Source: Macrostomum lignano (lineage: Eukaryota). Taken from it: a DNA stretch of 64,000 bases. Below the pieces are notes generated by a model. It was not told the origin of the DNA. It ran no database searches and saw only the letters and a program-made list of their open reading frames with translations. The DNA is taken from NCBI GenBank assembly GCA_002269645.1, contig NIVC01001414.1, positions 124,001 to 188,000 of the forward strand. The letters run 5' to 3'. Each line of letters starts with the position of its first letter. Positions within the stretch are counted from its first letter, which is position 1. This document shows, in pieces, positions 28,177 to 39,784 of the stretch. The position numbers were made by a program, and so were the translations under genes.

Positions 28177-29342
28177 GCCGTTCGCACCAGCAGCACAACC
28201 CCGCAGCGGTCTCCAGTCCCCTCAGCAACGGCGGCCATGTGCATCATCAGCCTCATCATCAACAGCAGCATCCACAGCCGCAGGCGCAGCAGCATTCGAT
28301 GGCTTTACCGCCAAGCAACCGGCTGCTGTCTCCAGTTGCCAGTCAGCAGCAGTCGCAGTACCGCAGTGCCGCAGCAGGTCGAGGCGGCGGCGGCCCCACT
28401 TCCAAGCTGAACAATCACGTGAAGAAGCCGCTAAACGCTTTCATGATCTTCATGAAAGAGCAGCGACCCGTGGTGGTGGCCGAGTGCACCCTGAAAGAGT
28501 CGGCGGCGATCAACCAGATCCTGGGCAGGAAGTGGCACTCGCTGAGTCGCGATGAGCAGGCCAAATACTATGAGCTGGCCCGCAAAGAGAAGGAGCTGCA
28601 CTCCAAGCTCTACCCGAACTGGTCGGCCAGAGAAAACTACGGCGGCGCGTCGAGAAAGAAGAAGAAAAAGAAGCTGGGCCTCGGTCTGGACGGCGACGCC
28701 AAGAACCTGGGCGCATCGGCCAAGAAGTGCCGGGCGGTGTACGGACTGGACCGGCAGGAGCTCTGGTGCAAGCCCTGCAAACGGAAGAAGAAATGCGTGA
28801 AGTTCGCGCCCGACTCTGACGATGGGGCAACTGCGGCGACGGCTCTCGGTGGCGCTGGCGGCGGCGCGATGGCCGCTTCTGGCGTCGGAGCGGCGGTGCT
28901 CATGCACCAGCTGCACCAGCACCAGCTGCACCAGCTCCAGCATCAGCAGCTTCATCAGGACCAGCCTGAGCTGCAGCCGCCAAGGAAGAAATTCCGGCCC
29001 TTGGACAGCCGCCTCATCAGAGATGCTGAAGCTGATGAGGACCAGCTAGACGATGATGACTCCGATGATGATGGAGACGACGGTGATGAGGCTGAGGAAG
29101 ATGCTGAGGCTGGTTTTGAGCAGTGCGACTCTGCGGATTTCGCCAGCGAGAGCCGGGAGGCTGAGGCGGCGGCCACAGCTGCTGCAGAGGCTGGCATAGT
29201 TGATGAAGAAGACTATGGCGACTATCAGGATGAAGCTGAGAACTGCTCCCGAGAGGTGCATTCTGCGGGAGTCAAAATCGAGGCCGAGGTTGTCAAGCCG
29301 CTGTCGCCACCGCCTCAGTCAGCAGGAGCAGAAGAGGTTTAA
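28177..29342 (+). CDS. TCF/pan: TCF/LEF terminal exon: HMG box, basic tail, C-clamp, acidic tail
   Basis: [76 protein letters not shown] (28416-28643) is a canonical TCF HMG box. It is followed by RKKKKKK and the C-clamp [25 protein letters not shown] (28722-28796). Stop TAA at 29340-42 overlaps AATAAA. Acceptor is either 28177 (phase 1) or 28191 (phase 0). Confidence 0.96.
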
Positions 29343-29859
29343 TAAAATTACCGAATAGTTTCACCTGAAATCGAGCTTCGCTTTCTGTCCTTGACTGTAC
29401 ATAGCTGTTTTTATTATTACCAATGCTGATTTTATATTTATATTATTATATATAATCTATACACAATTATAAATGCCCAAATGCTGGATTTTCAACTCGT
29501 GTGTCAACCGCTATTATGTCTGCTATTGTTCACAGTTTTCATACTTGTATTGTAGAACCGTTCTTTACCTGTTGCTGCTGCTGCCACATGGCATGCAGTG
29601 TCTGTAGAAACTCACAGCGCGAATGTGTGTAGCGGACAGTCCACACAGACAGACACAACACATACACTGTCATGTTTAGCGTATGTTTATATAGTTTAAA
29701 CTAATTTTTTTGGAAGTTATGTCAACAGCAAAGCGAGCTTATTCACTTACTTATTTAATATTTCATCTTTTATAGTTTTTCTTTTCATTTTGTTTTTTGT
29801 GTTTTTTTTCTTTTCGTTTGCTCATCTTTTGGCAGCGCAGGTCTCCGAGTTTTACGTTG

Positions 29860-30500
29860 ATACCTCTTCATTTCTCCCCTGCCCCTCCCCTCTCCCTCTC
29901 TGTCTCTCTTCCCCTCTTCCCCTCTCTCCTCTTCCCCTCTCCTCTTCTCTCCTCTTTCCCTCTCCCACTCTCCTCTTCCCCTCTTCCCCTCTCCCACTCT
30001 CCTCTTCCCCTCTTCCCCTCTCCCACTCTCCTCTTCCCCTCTTCCCCTCTCCTCTTCTCTCCTCTTTCCCTCTCCCACTCTCCTCTTCCCCTCTTCCCCT
30101 CTCCTCTTCCCCTCTTCCCCTCTTCCCCTCTCCTCTTCCCCTCTCCTCTTCCCCTCTTCCCCTCTCCTCTTCCCCTCTTCCCCTCTCCTCTTCCCCTCTT
30201 CCCCTCTTCCCCTCTTCCCCTCTCCTCTTCCCCTCATCCCCTCTCCTCTTCCCCTCTTCCCCTCTTCCCCTCTTCCCCTCTCCTCTTCCCCTCTTCCCCT
30301 CTTCCCCTCTTCCCCTCTTCCCCTCCCCTCTTCCCCTCTTCCCCTCTTCCCCTCTCCTCTTCCCCTCTTCCCCTCTCCTCTTCCCCTCTTCCCCTCTTCC
30401 CCTCTTCCCCTCTCCTCTTCCCCTCTTCCCCTCTTCCCCTCTTCCCCTCTCCTCTTCCCCTCTTCCCCTCCCTCTCTTCCCTTGTCTCCTCTCCTCCCCT
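29860..30500. repeat. Polypyrimidine (CCCCTCTT)n tract
   Basis: Pure C/T low complexity. Confidence 0.9.
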
Positions 30501-31289
30501 CTCCCAGTTTCAAGCGAGCTTATCCAGCCAGCAGAACCCGAGCCGCTGTCACCCAGAGAGCCAGCGTCCTGTTTTCAGTCTCTCATAAAAAACTCATTTC
30601 TCAAGCCGATCGGCCCTGCGTCAGCTTAGCAAATAAACTGTGTGATTTTTAATGTAAGCAAATACTACTCGCTTGGCCAGTTAGTAGTAGCAAGTTGCGG
30701 GTATTTATTCTATACTGTTTTCAAGTGATCGAGCTTCTGTATAACAACTATTTGCAAGGCGGAACTGAGAGCGCATTAATATCCCAATTTATCCCCAAAG
30801 CCAGAAGTACACTTGATCGAATTTCAGCTTCTGCCTGTCTGTCTCTTACTGTTTTTCCCTGTTTTTGTGCAACCCCAAATCTGTAAATTTTCTGTATTCA
30901 TAAATGTGAATCGCTGTTCAAGGAACCCGCGCTGGTTTAAATTTTCTTTTGCAATTGCAAGATGAATGCAAATATAAATATTAAATAAATATGCATCCCC
31001 GATCTGATGATGCGTGCAAATTCAGACTGAGTATTGCGTGCCAAGGCATGCAGTGATGTGGTTTATAGCTGAGTGTGCCATCTCTGCATTCGCTAGGTAG
31101 TTCTATGGAGAGCAGTGGATGGATTTTAGCTTAGTATATGAACTGTCACAGGTTCAGTGTTCAGTGCCTACTTGTAGTAGCAGTGATGATTAACTAATCC
31201 AGTCAGTTTAGTGCCTTACTTTTGCTGACTTTAGACAGCATGGATGGCTTGGTGATTTGGGAAATGCAGCATCTGCAGTGCAGGGCTCT

Positions 31290-32370
31290 TACTGCCTCTG
31301 CCCCTCTCCCTGCCTCTGTCCCCCCCCCCGCCTCTGCCCCCTCTCCCCGCCTCTGCCCCCTCTCCCCGCCTCTGCCCCCTCTCCCCGCCTCTGCCCCCTC
31401 TCCCCGCCTTTGCCCCCTCTCCCCGCCTCTGTCCCCTCTCCCCGCCTCTGCCCCTCTCCCCGCCTCTGCCCCCTCTCCCCGCCTCTGCCCCTCTCCCCGC
31501 CTCTGCCCCCTCTCCCCCGCCTCTGCCCCCTCTCCCCGCCTCTGCCCCTCTCCGCGCCTCTGTCCCTCTCCCCGCCTCTGTCCCTCTCCCGCCTCTGTCC
31601 CCTCTCCCCGCCTCTGCCCCCTCTCCCCGCCTCTGCCCCCTCTCCCCGCCTCTGTCCCTCTCCCCGCCTCTGTCCCCTCTCCCCGCCTCTGCCCCCTCTC
31701 CCGGCCTCTGTCCCCTCTCCCCGCCTCTGTCCACTCTCCCCGCCTCTGCCCCCTCTCCCCGCCTCTGCCCCTCTCCCCGCCTCTGCCCCCTCTCCCCGCC
31801 TCTGCCCCCTCTCCCCGCCTCTGCCCCTCTCCCCGCCTCTGCCCCTCTCCCGCCTCTGCCCCTCTCCCCGCCTCTGCCCCCTCTCCCCGCCTTTGCCCCT
31901 CTCCCCGCCTCTGTCCCCTCTCCCCGCCTCTGCCCCTCTCCCCGCCTCTGCCCCCTCTCCCCGCCTCTGCCCCCTCTCCCCGCCTCTGCCCCCTCTCCCC
32001 CGCCTCTGCCCCCTCTCCCCGCCTCTGCCCCCTCTCCGCGCCTCTGTCCCTCTCCCCGCCTCTGTCCCTCTCCCGCCTCTGTCCCCTCTCCCCGCCTCTG
32101 CCCCCTCTCCCCGCCTCTGCCCCTCTCCCCGCCTCTGTCCCTCTCCCCGCCTCTGTCCCCTCTCCCCGCCTCTGCCCCCTCTCCCGGCCTCTGTCCCCTC
32201 TCCCCGCCTCTGTCCACTCTCCCCGCCTCTGCCCCCTCTCCCCGCCTCTGCCCCTCTCCCCGCCTCTGCCCCCTCTCCCCGCCTCTGCCCCCTCTCCCCG
32301 CCTCTGCCCCTCTCTGCCCTGCTTCTGCCCCTCTCCCCGCTTCCCCCTCTCCTTACTCTCCTCTCCCCCA
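31290..32370. repeat. About 18-19 bp C-rich minisatellite (CCGCCTCTGCCCCCTCTCC)n; G-quadruplex-prone on the minus strand
   Basis: Direct tandem periodicity. Confidence 0.92.
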
Positions 32371-33479
32371 GCACAATCCCTAACGCAGCAGAGCCAGCAG
32401 CACCTGTGTAAAGCTGTCTGTCTGTCTGTTTGTCAGCAGAACCAAATTCTCAACCAGCAAGCTGTCGGGTTCCTTGTAAAGTGCATCGAGTACTTGTTGA
32501 TTCTCTGTTGCTAGCACAGTGTATCAGTTTTCATCCCCAAGTTTTTCTTGTCAGATTCTGCGAGCAAAGATACTTCAGTGCCTGAATTTCCCCTGAGGCT
32601 AAAATTTATTACGAATTTTCACAGAATTTTCCCAATTTTAATGTTTTCCTGCCCCCATCGGACTGCCACCTGCCAATCATCTGGTGCCTAAAAGTACAAA
32701 CTGATATTTGCCACAAAACTCTGTCTGTCCCGCACTAATTGATTGTCTTTGAAGTTTGCCGCCAGCAACTGTTGGAATTGCTGATCCCAGTCTCTCAAGC
32801 GAGCTTCGTACACAGACAGATTAGCAGTGCTCAGCCTTGGAAGGATTTTTATTAATATATTTAGCGCTTATTGTATACATTTTCACTGCCTACTGGCCTT
32901 AGTAGTATCTATTGCGAGTTTGTGCCTATTCATAAATTCTATTGCTTTGGTACTTATTAGTGAATAAATATAGTGAATCATATTGTGTGTTGAAGTTTTT
33001 AATTAAAATTTTTAACTTCTGGCTTACAGTCTGCACTTTTACAGGCTGACTTTACAGCACCTGGATTTTGTGCCCCATCTCTCAGTTTCTGTGGCTCTGC
33101 AGTGCCAGGCATTCTGGAGCTGCCTAATGGCTGTTTTTGTTAATTCTAATTCACTTGTTAATTTCTCTCACCTGGTGCCCTGACTAACTGGTTCAAGAGA
33201 TAAAGTACAGTGTGTACTTTCTGGTGTCTCTGGTGCACCTGAGACACCCTGTTTTTGCAGAGTGCATAGTTTAATTAGCTTATATTGTGTACTGAATATT
33301 TATAATTTAGCCCCAACAACATTTGAACTTTTGTTTTTTTTCAAATTGTTTGTTTTTTAATGAAAAATAGAATGAGGCCTTCGCTACGGAAAGTGAGCTG
33401 GTTTGGAGTTCCAGAGAGGCTCAGGTGGGCGATGAGCTCTGCTTGTTTCCAATGTCATTTCAGCAGCTGTGTGCTCAGG

Positions 33480-33706
33480 TAGTCAGTCAGGCAGTCAGTC
33501 AGTCAGTCAGTCAGTCAGTCAGTCAGTCAGTCAGTCAGTCAGTCAGACAGTCAGTCAGTCAGTCAGTCAGTCAGTCAATCAGTCAGTCAGTCAGCCAGTC
33601 AGTCAGTCAGTCAGTCAGTCAATCAGTCAGTCAGTCAGTCAGTCAGTCAGTCAGTCAGTCAGTCAGTCAATCAGTCAGTCAGTCAGTCAGTCAGTCAGTC
33701 AGTCAG
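33480..33706. repeat. (AGTC)n microsatellite
   Basis: Direct. Confidence 0.97.
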
Positions 33707-33799
33707 TGCCGCTCCCTCATCACTGCAGAGCCAGCAGCCCTCAGCGACCCCCAGGCTGCCCAGGCTCGCCCTCAGTGCCACTCAGTGAGGCTGCAAAGC

Positions 33800-33863
33800 A
33801 TGTCTGTCAGATTCATCAGGCGCAGTCGCTACAGGCTGGAAGATGACTCGCTGGATGCAGACG
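33800..33863 (+). CDS. SVOP: SVOP-like MFS transporter, exon 1 (MSVRFIRRSRYRLEDDSLDAD)
   Basis: ATG at 33800; donor GACG|GTGAGT (phase 1) matches the phase-1 acceptor at 35910. Confidence 0.65.
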
Positions 33864-33905
33864 GTGAGTTTCTGTACTCAGAAAAATCAATCGGGCAGAA
33901 AATAC

Positions 33906-33911
33906 AAAAAA
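33906..33911 (-). terminator. Pol III terminator (T6) of the tRNA gene
   Basis: Six T residues on the minus strand, 5 nt after the discriminator base. Confidence 0.75.
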
Positions 33912-33916
33912 TTGCC

Positions 33917-33990
33917 TGGCCGGGGAGGGGCTCGAACCCTCGACCTTCGCGTTATCAGCACGACGCTCTAACCAACTGAGCTACTCGGCC
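33917..33990 (-). tRNA. tRNA-Ile-GAT: tRNA-Ile, anticodon GAT
   Basis: Reverse complement GGCCGAGTAGCTCAGTTGGTTAGAGCGTCGTGCTGATAACGCGAAGGTCGAGGGTTCGAGCCCCTCCCCGGCCA folds as a 74-nt cloverleaf: D stem GCTC/GAGC, anticodon stem TCGTG/CGCGA, loop CT-GAT-AA, T stem GAGGG/CCCTC, discriminator A, one A6:C67 mismatch. A and B boxes are intact. Confidence 0.93.
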
Positions 33991-34194
33991 GCTATGGTCT
34001 CAGCGCCTCGGATTGTTCTCAAATAGCAGTGCAGTATTGATTAGCGATCTGTTCGGCTTATCGGCTGGTTCTGCTGCTTTTATTGCCTGGGAGCAGAAAT
34101 TGTTGGGGCGGGCAGCGGGGCAGAGAAAAGCAGCGGGTGTTCCTTCTTGGCTGCTTGTTGTTTCTGCTTCTGCCAGGGATCTGAGCAGGGTCTC

Positions 34195-34590
34195 TGATTC
34201 TGCCAAATGTTTCAGGGCATTTCTGCTTCTGCCAAATGTTTCAAGGCATTTCTGCTTCTGCCAAATGTTTCAGGGCATTTCTGCTTCTGCCAAATGTTTC
34301 AGGGCATTTCTGCTTCTGCCAAATGTTTCAGGGCATTTCTGCTTCTGCCAAATGTTTCAGGGCATTTCTGCTTCTGCCAAATGTTTCAGGGCATTTCTGC
34401 TTCTGCCAAATGTTTCAGGGCATTTCTGCTTCTGCCAAATGTTTCAGGGCATTTCTGCTTCTGCCAAATGTTTCAGGGCATTTCTGCTTCTGCCAAATGT
34501 TTCAGGGCATTTCTGCTCCTGCCAAATGTTTCAGAGCATTTCTGCTTCTGCCAAATGTTTCAGGGCATTTCTGCTCCTGCCAAACATTTC
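34195..34590. repeat. 29-bp minisatellite (TTCTGCTTCTGCCAAATGTTTCAGGGCAT)n
   Basis: About 13 units in SVOP intron 1. Confidence 0.95.
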
Positions 34591-34794
34591 CAGGTGATCT
34601 CAGCAGGGCTGCATCTCCTCGCCGGCAGCCTCGGGTCGCCACCGCTACGCCGTCGCTCATCGTCGCCGCCTCCCCTGCCGCGCGGGCGCGAGACAAAAGT
34701 AGGTCGCGTGCTGTCGTGTTTGCAGCTGCTCGAGGCATTTGGCCCGGGGTGGTTCTGAGTCACCTGATCCTTGGGGACTTTGTGGCTTTGATCC

Positions 34795-35440
34795 CCATTC
34801 ATCCTCCCTGATCCCAATTCACTCTCTGATTCTCAATCACCCTCCCTGATCCTCATTCACCCTCCCTGATCACAATTCACCCTCCCTGATTCTCATTCAC
34901 CCTCCCTGATCCTCATTCACCCTCTCTGACCCTCATTCACCCTCTTTGATTCTCATTCACCCTCCCTGATCCTCATTCACCCTCCCTGATCCTCATTCAC
35001 CCTCTTTGATTCTCATTCACCCTCCCTGATTCTCATTCATCATCCCTGATCCCCATTCACCCTCCCTGATTCTAATTCACCCTCCCTGATCCTCATTCAC
35101 CCTCCCTGATTCTAATTCACCCTCCCTGATTCTCATTCACCCTCCCTGATCCTCATTCACCCTCCCTGATTCTCATTCACCCTCCCTGATCCTCATTCAC
35201 CCTCCCTGATCCTCATTCACCCTCCCTGATCCTCACTCACGCTCCCTGATCCTCATTCACCCTCCCTGATCCTCATTCACCCTCCCTGATCCTCATTCAC
35301 CCTCCCTGATTCTAATTCACCCTCCCTGATTCTCATTCACCCTCCCTGATCCTCACTCACTCTCCCTGATCCTCATTCACGCTCCCTGATCCTCATTCAC
35401 CCTCCCTGATCCTCATTCACGCTCCCTGATCCTCATTGAC
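34795..35440. repeat. 20-bp minisatellite (CATTCACCCTCCCTGATCCT)n
   Basis: About 31 units in SVOP intron 1. Confidence 0.95.
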
Positions 35441-35909
35441 TCCCCTTAGATCCCCACCGCACAGAATTCCCACCGCACACAAATCCCATTTCAAGGCAAA
35501 ATCCCGGGCGAAGCAGCCCCGGTCCGCTCCCACCGGAATTTCCCACACTTCAAATCCCCTCCCCAGCCCTCCCTGCCGCCTCTCCTCCCGCTGCTCCTTG
35601 AGCCGGAAGCGGCAGCGCCAAGTCAGCCGTGGCAAATTTTATTTATCAGAGGCCTGAGCAGCGCTGCTCAGAAATCTACCCTCAGCAATTCCTGCCTCAA
35701 CTGCCCGAGCGCTGACTGACTGCTCAGCTGCAGCAATGCAGCGCGGCAGCTCTTATTCTTCTTCTAGTAGACAGAGTCTGGCAGCCGCCGCAGCAAGCTC
35801 AAAAAGCTACTCAGCAACTCAACAGGGTGCCTTGCATTTTCTCATTCAACTTGGCGTGTCATTTTGATTGACAGCTCGATTTGCATTGATGCACTCTTCT
35901 CGATTTCAG

Positions 35910-36082
35910 ATGCCAGAGTTCTGCTGAGTTCTGGCTCAGCATCCGGTGCTGCATCAGCTGCTGCAGGCAGCGACAGTTCTCAGGGCGAGCGGCAGGTTCG
36001 GTACACGGTGGAGGAGGCGGTTGAGAAGCTGGGGTTCGGCAGGTTCCAGATTAAAATCCTCTGCATCACCGGCATCATGTCT
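35910..36082 (+). CDS. SVOP: SVOP-like transporter, exon 2
   Basis: YTVEEAVEKLGFGRFQIKILCITGIMS matches SVOP FMVEDAVEAIGFGKFQWKL. TTTCAG acceptor, GTAGGT donor. Confidence 0.9.
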
Positions 36083-36104
36083 GTAGGTTGCTGCTTTTGC
36101 GGAG

Positions 36105-37020
36105 TCTTGAGCACTGCTCTGTGATCCCATTTGAGCACTGCTATCTGATCCCATATTAGCACTGCTCTCGGATCCCATTTGAGTACTGCTCTCTGATCCC
36201 ATTTGAGCACTGCTCTCTGATCCCATTTGAGCACTGCTCTCTGATCCTATTTGAGCACTGCTCTGTTATCCCATTTGAGTACTGCTCTCTGATCCCATAT
36301 TAACACTGCTCTCTGATCCCATATTAGCACTGCTCTCTGATCCTATTTGAGCACTGCTCTGTTATCCCATTTGAGTACTGCTCTCTGATCCCATATTAAC
36401 ACTGCTCTCTGATCCCATTTGATTACTGCTCTCTGATCCCATGTGAGCACTGCTCTCTGATCCCATTTGAGCACTGCTCTCTGATCCCATTTGAGCACTG
36501 CTCTCTGATCCCATTTGAGCACTGCTCTCTGATCCCATTTGAGCACTGCTATCTGATCCCATTTGAGCACTGCTCTCTGATCCCATTTGAGCACTGCTGT
36601 CTGATCCCATTTGAGTACTGCTCTCTGATCCCATTTGAGCACTGCTCTCTGATCCCATTTGAGTACTGCTCTCTGATCCCATTTGAGCACTGCTCTCTGA
36701 TCCCATATGAGCACTGCTCTCTGATCACATTTGAGCACTGCTCTCCGATCCCATTTGAGCACTGCTCTCTGATCCCATTTGAGCACTGCTGTCTGATCCC
36801 ATTTGAGTACTGCTCTCTGATCCCATTTGAGCACTGCTCTCTGATCCCATTTGAGCACTGCTCTCTGATCCCATTTGAGCACAGCTGTCTGATCCCATTT
36901 GAGTACTTCTCTCTGATCCCATTTGAGTACTGCTCTCTGATCCCATTTGAGCACTGCTCTCTGATCCCATTTGAGCACTGCTCTCTGATCCCATTTGAGC
37001 ACTGCTCTCTGATCCCATGT
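36105..37020. repeat. 24-bp minisatellite (GAGCACTGCTCTCTGATCCCATTT)n
   Basis: About 37 units filling SVOP intron 2. Confidence 0.96.
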
Positions 37021-37105
37021 CACAAGTATTGCCTTAATATCCCCACATTGCTACTGCCGCACGGACTGTCAGTAGTGCAGCTGGCATTTTGCAATTTCAA
37101 TGCAG

Positions 37106-37591
37106 GCAGCGGACGCAATGGAGATGCTGCTGCTGTCAGTGCTGGGCCCGGCGCTCCGCTGCGACTGGCGCCTGACGTCAACCGAGGTGGCCGGCATCAC
37201 CACTGTGGTGTTCGCTGGGATGCTGCTCGGAGCTCCTGGCTGGGGCGCCGTGTCGGACAAGCGAGGTCGATGGAGCGTGTTCGCCCTCAGCCTCTGCCTC
37301 ATGGCCTACTTCGGCCTGCTCTGCTCGTTCGCGCCTGACTACTTCTGGCTCGTCAGCCTGCGCGGTGTCGTTGGCTTCAACATCGGCGGTGCGGCCTCCT
37401 CCTTCACCCTGCTGTCCGAGTACCTGCCTCAGCGGCACCGCGCCAAGGTGCTCATCCTGTACAACCTGTTCTGGGGTCTTGGATCCACCTTCGAGATCCT
37501 GCTGGCTTACCTGGTGCTGCCCACTTTGGGCTGGAGATACCTGGTGGCCTTCTCTTCACTGCCGCTGTTTCTGTTCATGCTGACGCTGGGG
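37106..37591 (+). CDS. SVOP: SVOP-like transporter, exon 3
   Basis: AADAMEMLLLSVLGPALRCDW...GAVSDKRGR (MFS motif A)...EYLPQRHRAK...LPTLGWRYL. Phase 0/0 splice sites. Confidence 0.95.
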
Positions 37592-37976
37592 GTGAGTAGC
37601 CTGAGCTGCATCTGTGTGTGCTCACGCTGGGGGTGAGTAGCCTGAGCTGCATCTGTGTGTGCTCACGCTGGGGGTGAGTAGCCTGAGCTGCATCTGTGTG
37701 TGGTCACGCTGGGGGTGAGTAGCCTGAGCTGCATCTGTGTGTGCTCACGCTGGGGTGAGTAGCCTGAGCTGCATCTGTGTGTGGTCACGCTGGGGTGAGT
37801 AGCCTGAGCTGCATCTGTGTGTGCTCACGCTGGGGGTGAGTAGCCTGAGCTGCATCTGTGTGTGCTCACGCTGGGGTGAGTAGCCTGAGCTGCATCTGTG
37901 TGTGGTCACGCTGGGGTGAGTAGCCTGAGCTGCATCTGTGTGTGCTCACGCTGGGGTGAGTAGCCTGAGCTGCATC
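37583..37976 (+). repeat. 40-41 bp tandem repeat containing the exon-3 splice donor, 10 copies
   Basis: Unit ACGCTGGGG|GTGAGTAGCCTGAGCTGCATCTGTGTGTGCTC. Confidence 0.95.
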
Positions 37977-37998
37977 ATCTGACTCTTCCCTTCCTCAG

Positions 37999-38133
37999 CA
38001 ACTGCCGGAGTCTGCGAGGTTCCTGCTGGCCTCAGGACGCGCTGAGGAAGCGGCTGCCGTCATTGACCAGATTGCCAGGGAAAACCGAAGGCCTGCGATG
38101 GAGGGTCTTCCTGCTGTGGCCACCGTCAGCGAG
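37999..38133 (+). CDS. SVOP: SVOP-like transporter, exon 4
   Basis: QLPESARFLLASGRAEEA (PESPR-type motif); 135 nt, phase 0/0. Confidence 0.93.
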
Positions 38134-38237
38134 GTGAGCGACTGACTGACTGACTGACTGACTGACTGACTGACTGACTGACTGACTGACTGACTGACTT
38201 GACTGACTGACTGACTGATTGCCTGACCCTCCCGCAG

Positions 38238-38708
38238 TCAGACCGAGGGCAGCTCAAGGCGCTCTTCCACCCGTTCTACCGCCGCACCAGCTTCATCCTG
38301 TTCTCCCTGTGGTTCGGTGTCGCCTTCTCCTACTACGGCATCGTGCTGGTGAGCACTGAAATCTTTCGCTTCCACCAGGACTGCTTCAGCACCGCTCAGT
38401 CGGTCACGGTGGCCCACAACACCACGGAGTCCGTGGTGGACAACTCCTGCTGCAGAGGTCTGCAGTCGGACGATTACACAGCCATGCTAATCTCCTCACT
38501 TGGAGAGTTCGTCATCATTCCGGTGAACATGCTCACCATCGATGCCCTGGGCAGGCGGGCCACCCTCGGCATCAACTACCTGCTCACTGGCGTGTTCTTC
38601 GGCCTCACCTACCTGTGCGTGCCGAAGGCGGCCACCACCGCTTTTCTGTTTCTGATCAGGGCCCACTCTGCTGGCATATTCAATACTATTTATATTTATA
38701 CTACTGAG
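38238..38708 (+). CDS. SVOP: SVOP-like transporter, exon 5
   Basis: SDRGQLKALFHPFYRRT...AFSYYGIVLVSTEIF...IDALGRR...YIYTTE; 471 nt, phase 0/0. Confidence 0.95.
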
Positions 38709-38849
38709 GTGAGTAGTGCGGTCTGACCTGAATGCGAAGTTATTGATGATATTTTCTTATTTGTTGCCGGCTTTTCTTGATGAAGAAGGCAGAAGGAGGA
38801 GGATGAGATTGGTAGAAAGCAGAGAGTCGTATATAGAAGAGAGTGGTAG

Positions 38850-39420
38850 ATAGGAGAGAGTGGTAGACAGGAGAGAGAGGTAGACAGGAGAGAGGGGTAG
38901 ACAGCAGAGAGGGGGAGACAGGAGAGAGGGTAGACAGCAGAGAGGGGTAGACAGCTGAGAGGGGAAGACAGGAGTGAGGCTAGACAGCAGAGAGGGGTAG
39001 ACAGGAGAGAGGGTAGACAGGAGAGAGAGGTAGACAGCAGAGAGGGGGAGACAGGAGAGAAGGTAGACAGCAGAGAGGGGAAGACAGGAGAGAGGGTAGA
39101 CAGGAGAGAGAGGTAGACAGGAGAGAGAGGTAGACAGCAGAGAGGGGTAGACAGGAGAGAGGGGTAGACAGGAGAGAGAGGTAGACAGCAGAGAGGGGTA
39201 GACAGGAGAGAGGGGTAGACAGCAGAGAGGGGTAGACAGCAGAGAGGGGTAGACAGGAGAGAGGGTAGACAGGAGAGAGAGGTAGACAGCAGAGAGGGGG
39301 AGACAGGAGAGAAGGTAGACAGCAGAGAGGGGAAGACAGGAGAGAGGGTAGACAGGAGAGAGAGGTAGACAGCAGAGAGGGGTAGACAGGAGAGAGGGGT
39401 AGACAGGAGAGAGGGGTAAA
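38850..39420. repeat. GA-rich minisatellite (GGTAGACAGGAGAGAG)n
   Basis: SVOP intron 5. Confidence 0.9.
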
Positions 39421-39454
39421 TAGGAGATGGGGTAGATGGATTTGAGATCAGGAC

Positions 39455-39640
39455 ATTGCGAGAGCAGACATTGCGAGAGCAGACATTGCGAGAGCAGACA
39501 TTGCGAGAGCAGACATTGCGAGAGCAGACATTGCGAGAGCAGACATTGCGAGAGCAGACATTGCGAGAGCAGACATTGCGAGAGCAGACATTGCGAGAGC
39601 AGACATTGCGAGAGCAGACATTGCGAGAGCAGACATTGCG
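39455..39640. repeat. 15-bp minisatellite (CATTGCGAGAGCAGA)n
   Basis: About 12 perfect units. Confidence 0.96.
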
Positions 39641-39784
39641 ACAAGCTTGGTGCAGATTGGAGCACGCCGTTTGGCGTATATCGGCCCACTGCTGCAGCTT
39701 ACTAAGTTAGAAACTGGAAGGGTCGGTGAGACTGCAGGGCTGTCCACCACACCCAATGATATCAAAATCATCTTTCCAATCCAG

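Noticed and set aside
28995-29010. RPLDSR in the TCF tail as a CtBP-binding PLDLS motif
   Set aside because: It lacks the essential second Leu (PxDLS), so the match is too weak.
33917-33990. Bacterial or organellar origin (HGT), or SINE head, for the Ile-GAT tRNA
   Set aside because: The body matches eukaryotic cytosolic Ile tRNAs, there is no encoded CCA, and a T6 terminator follows immediately with no SINE body.
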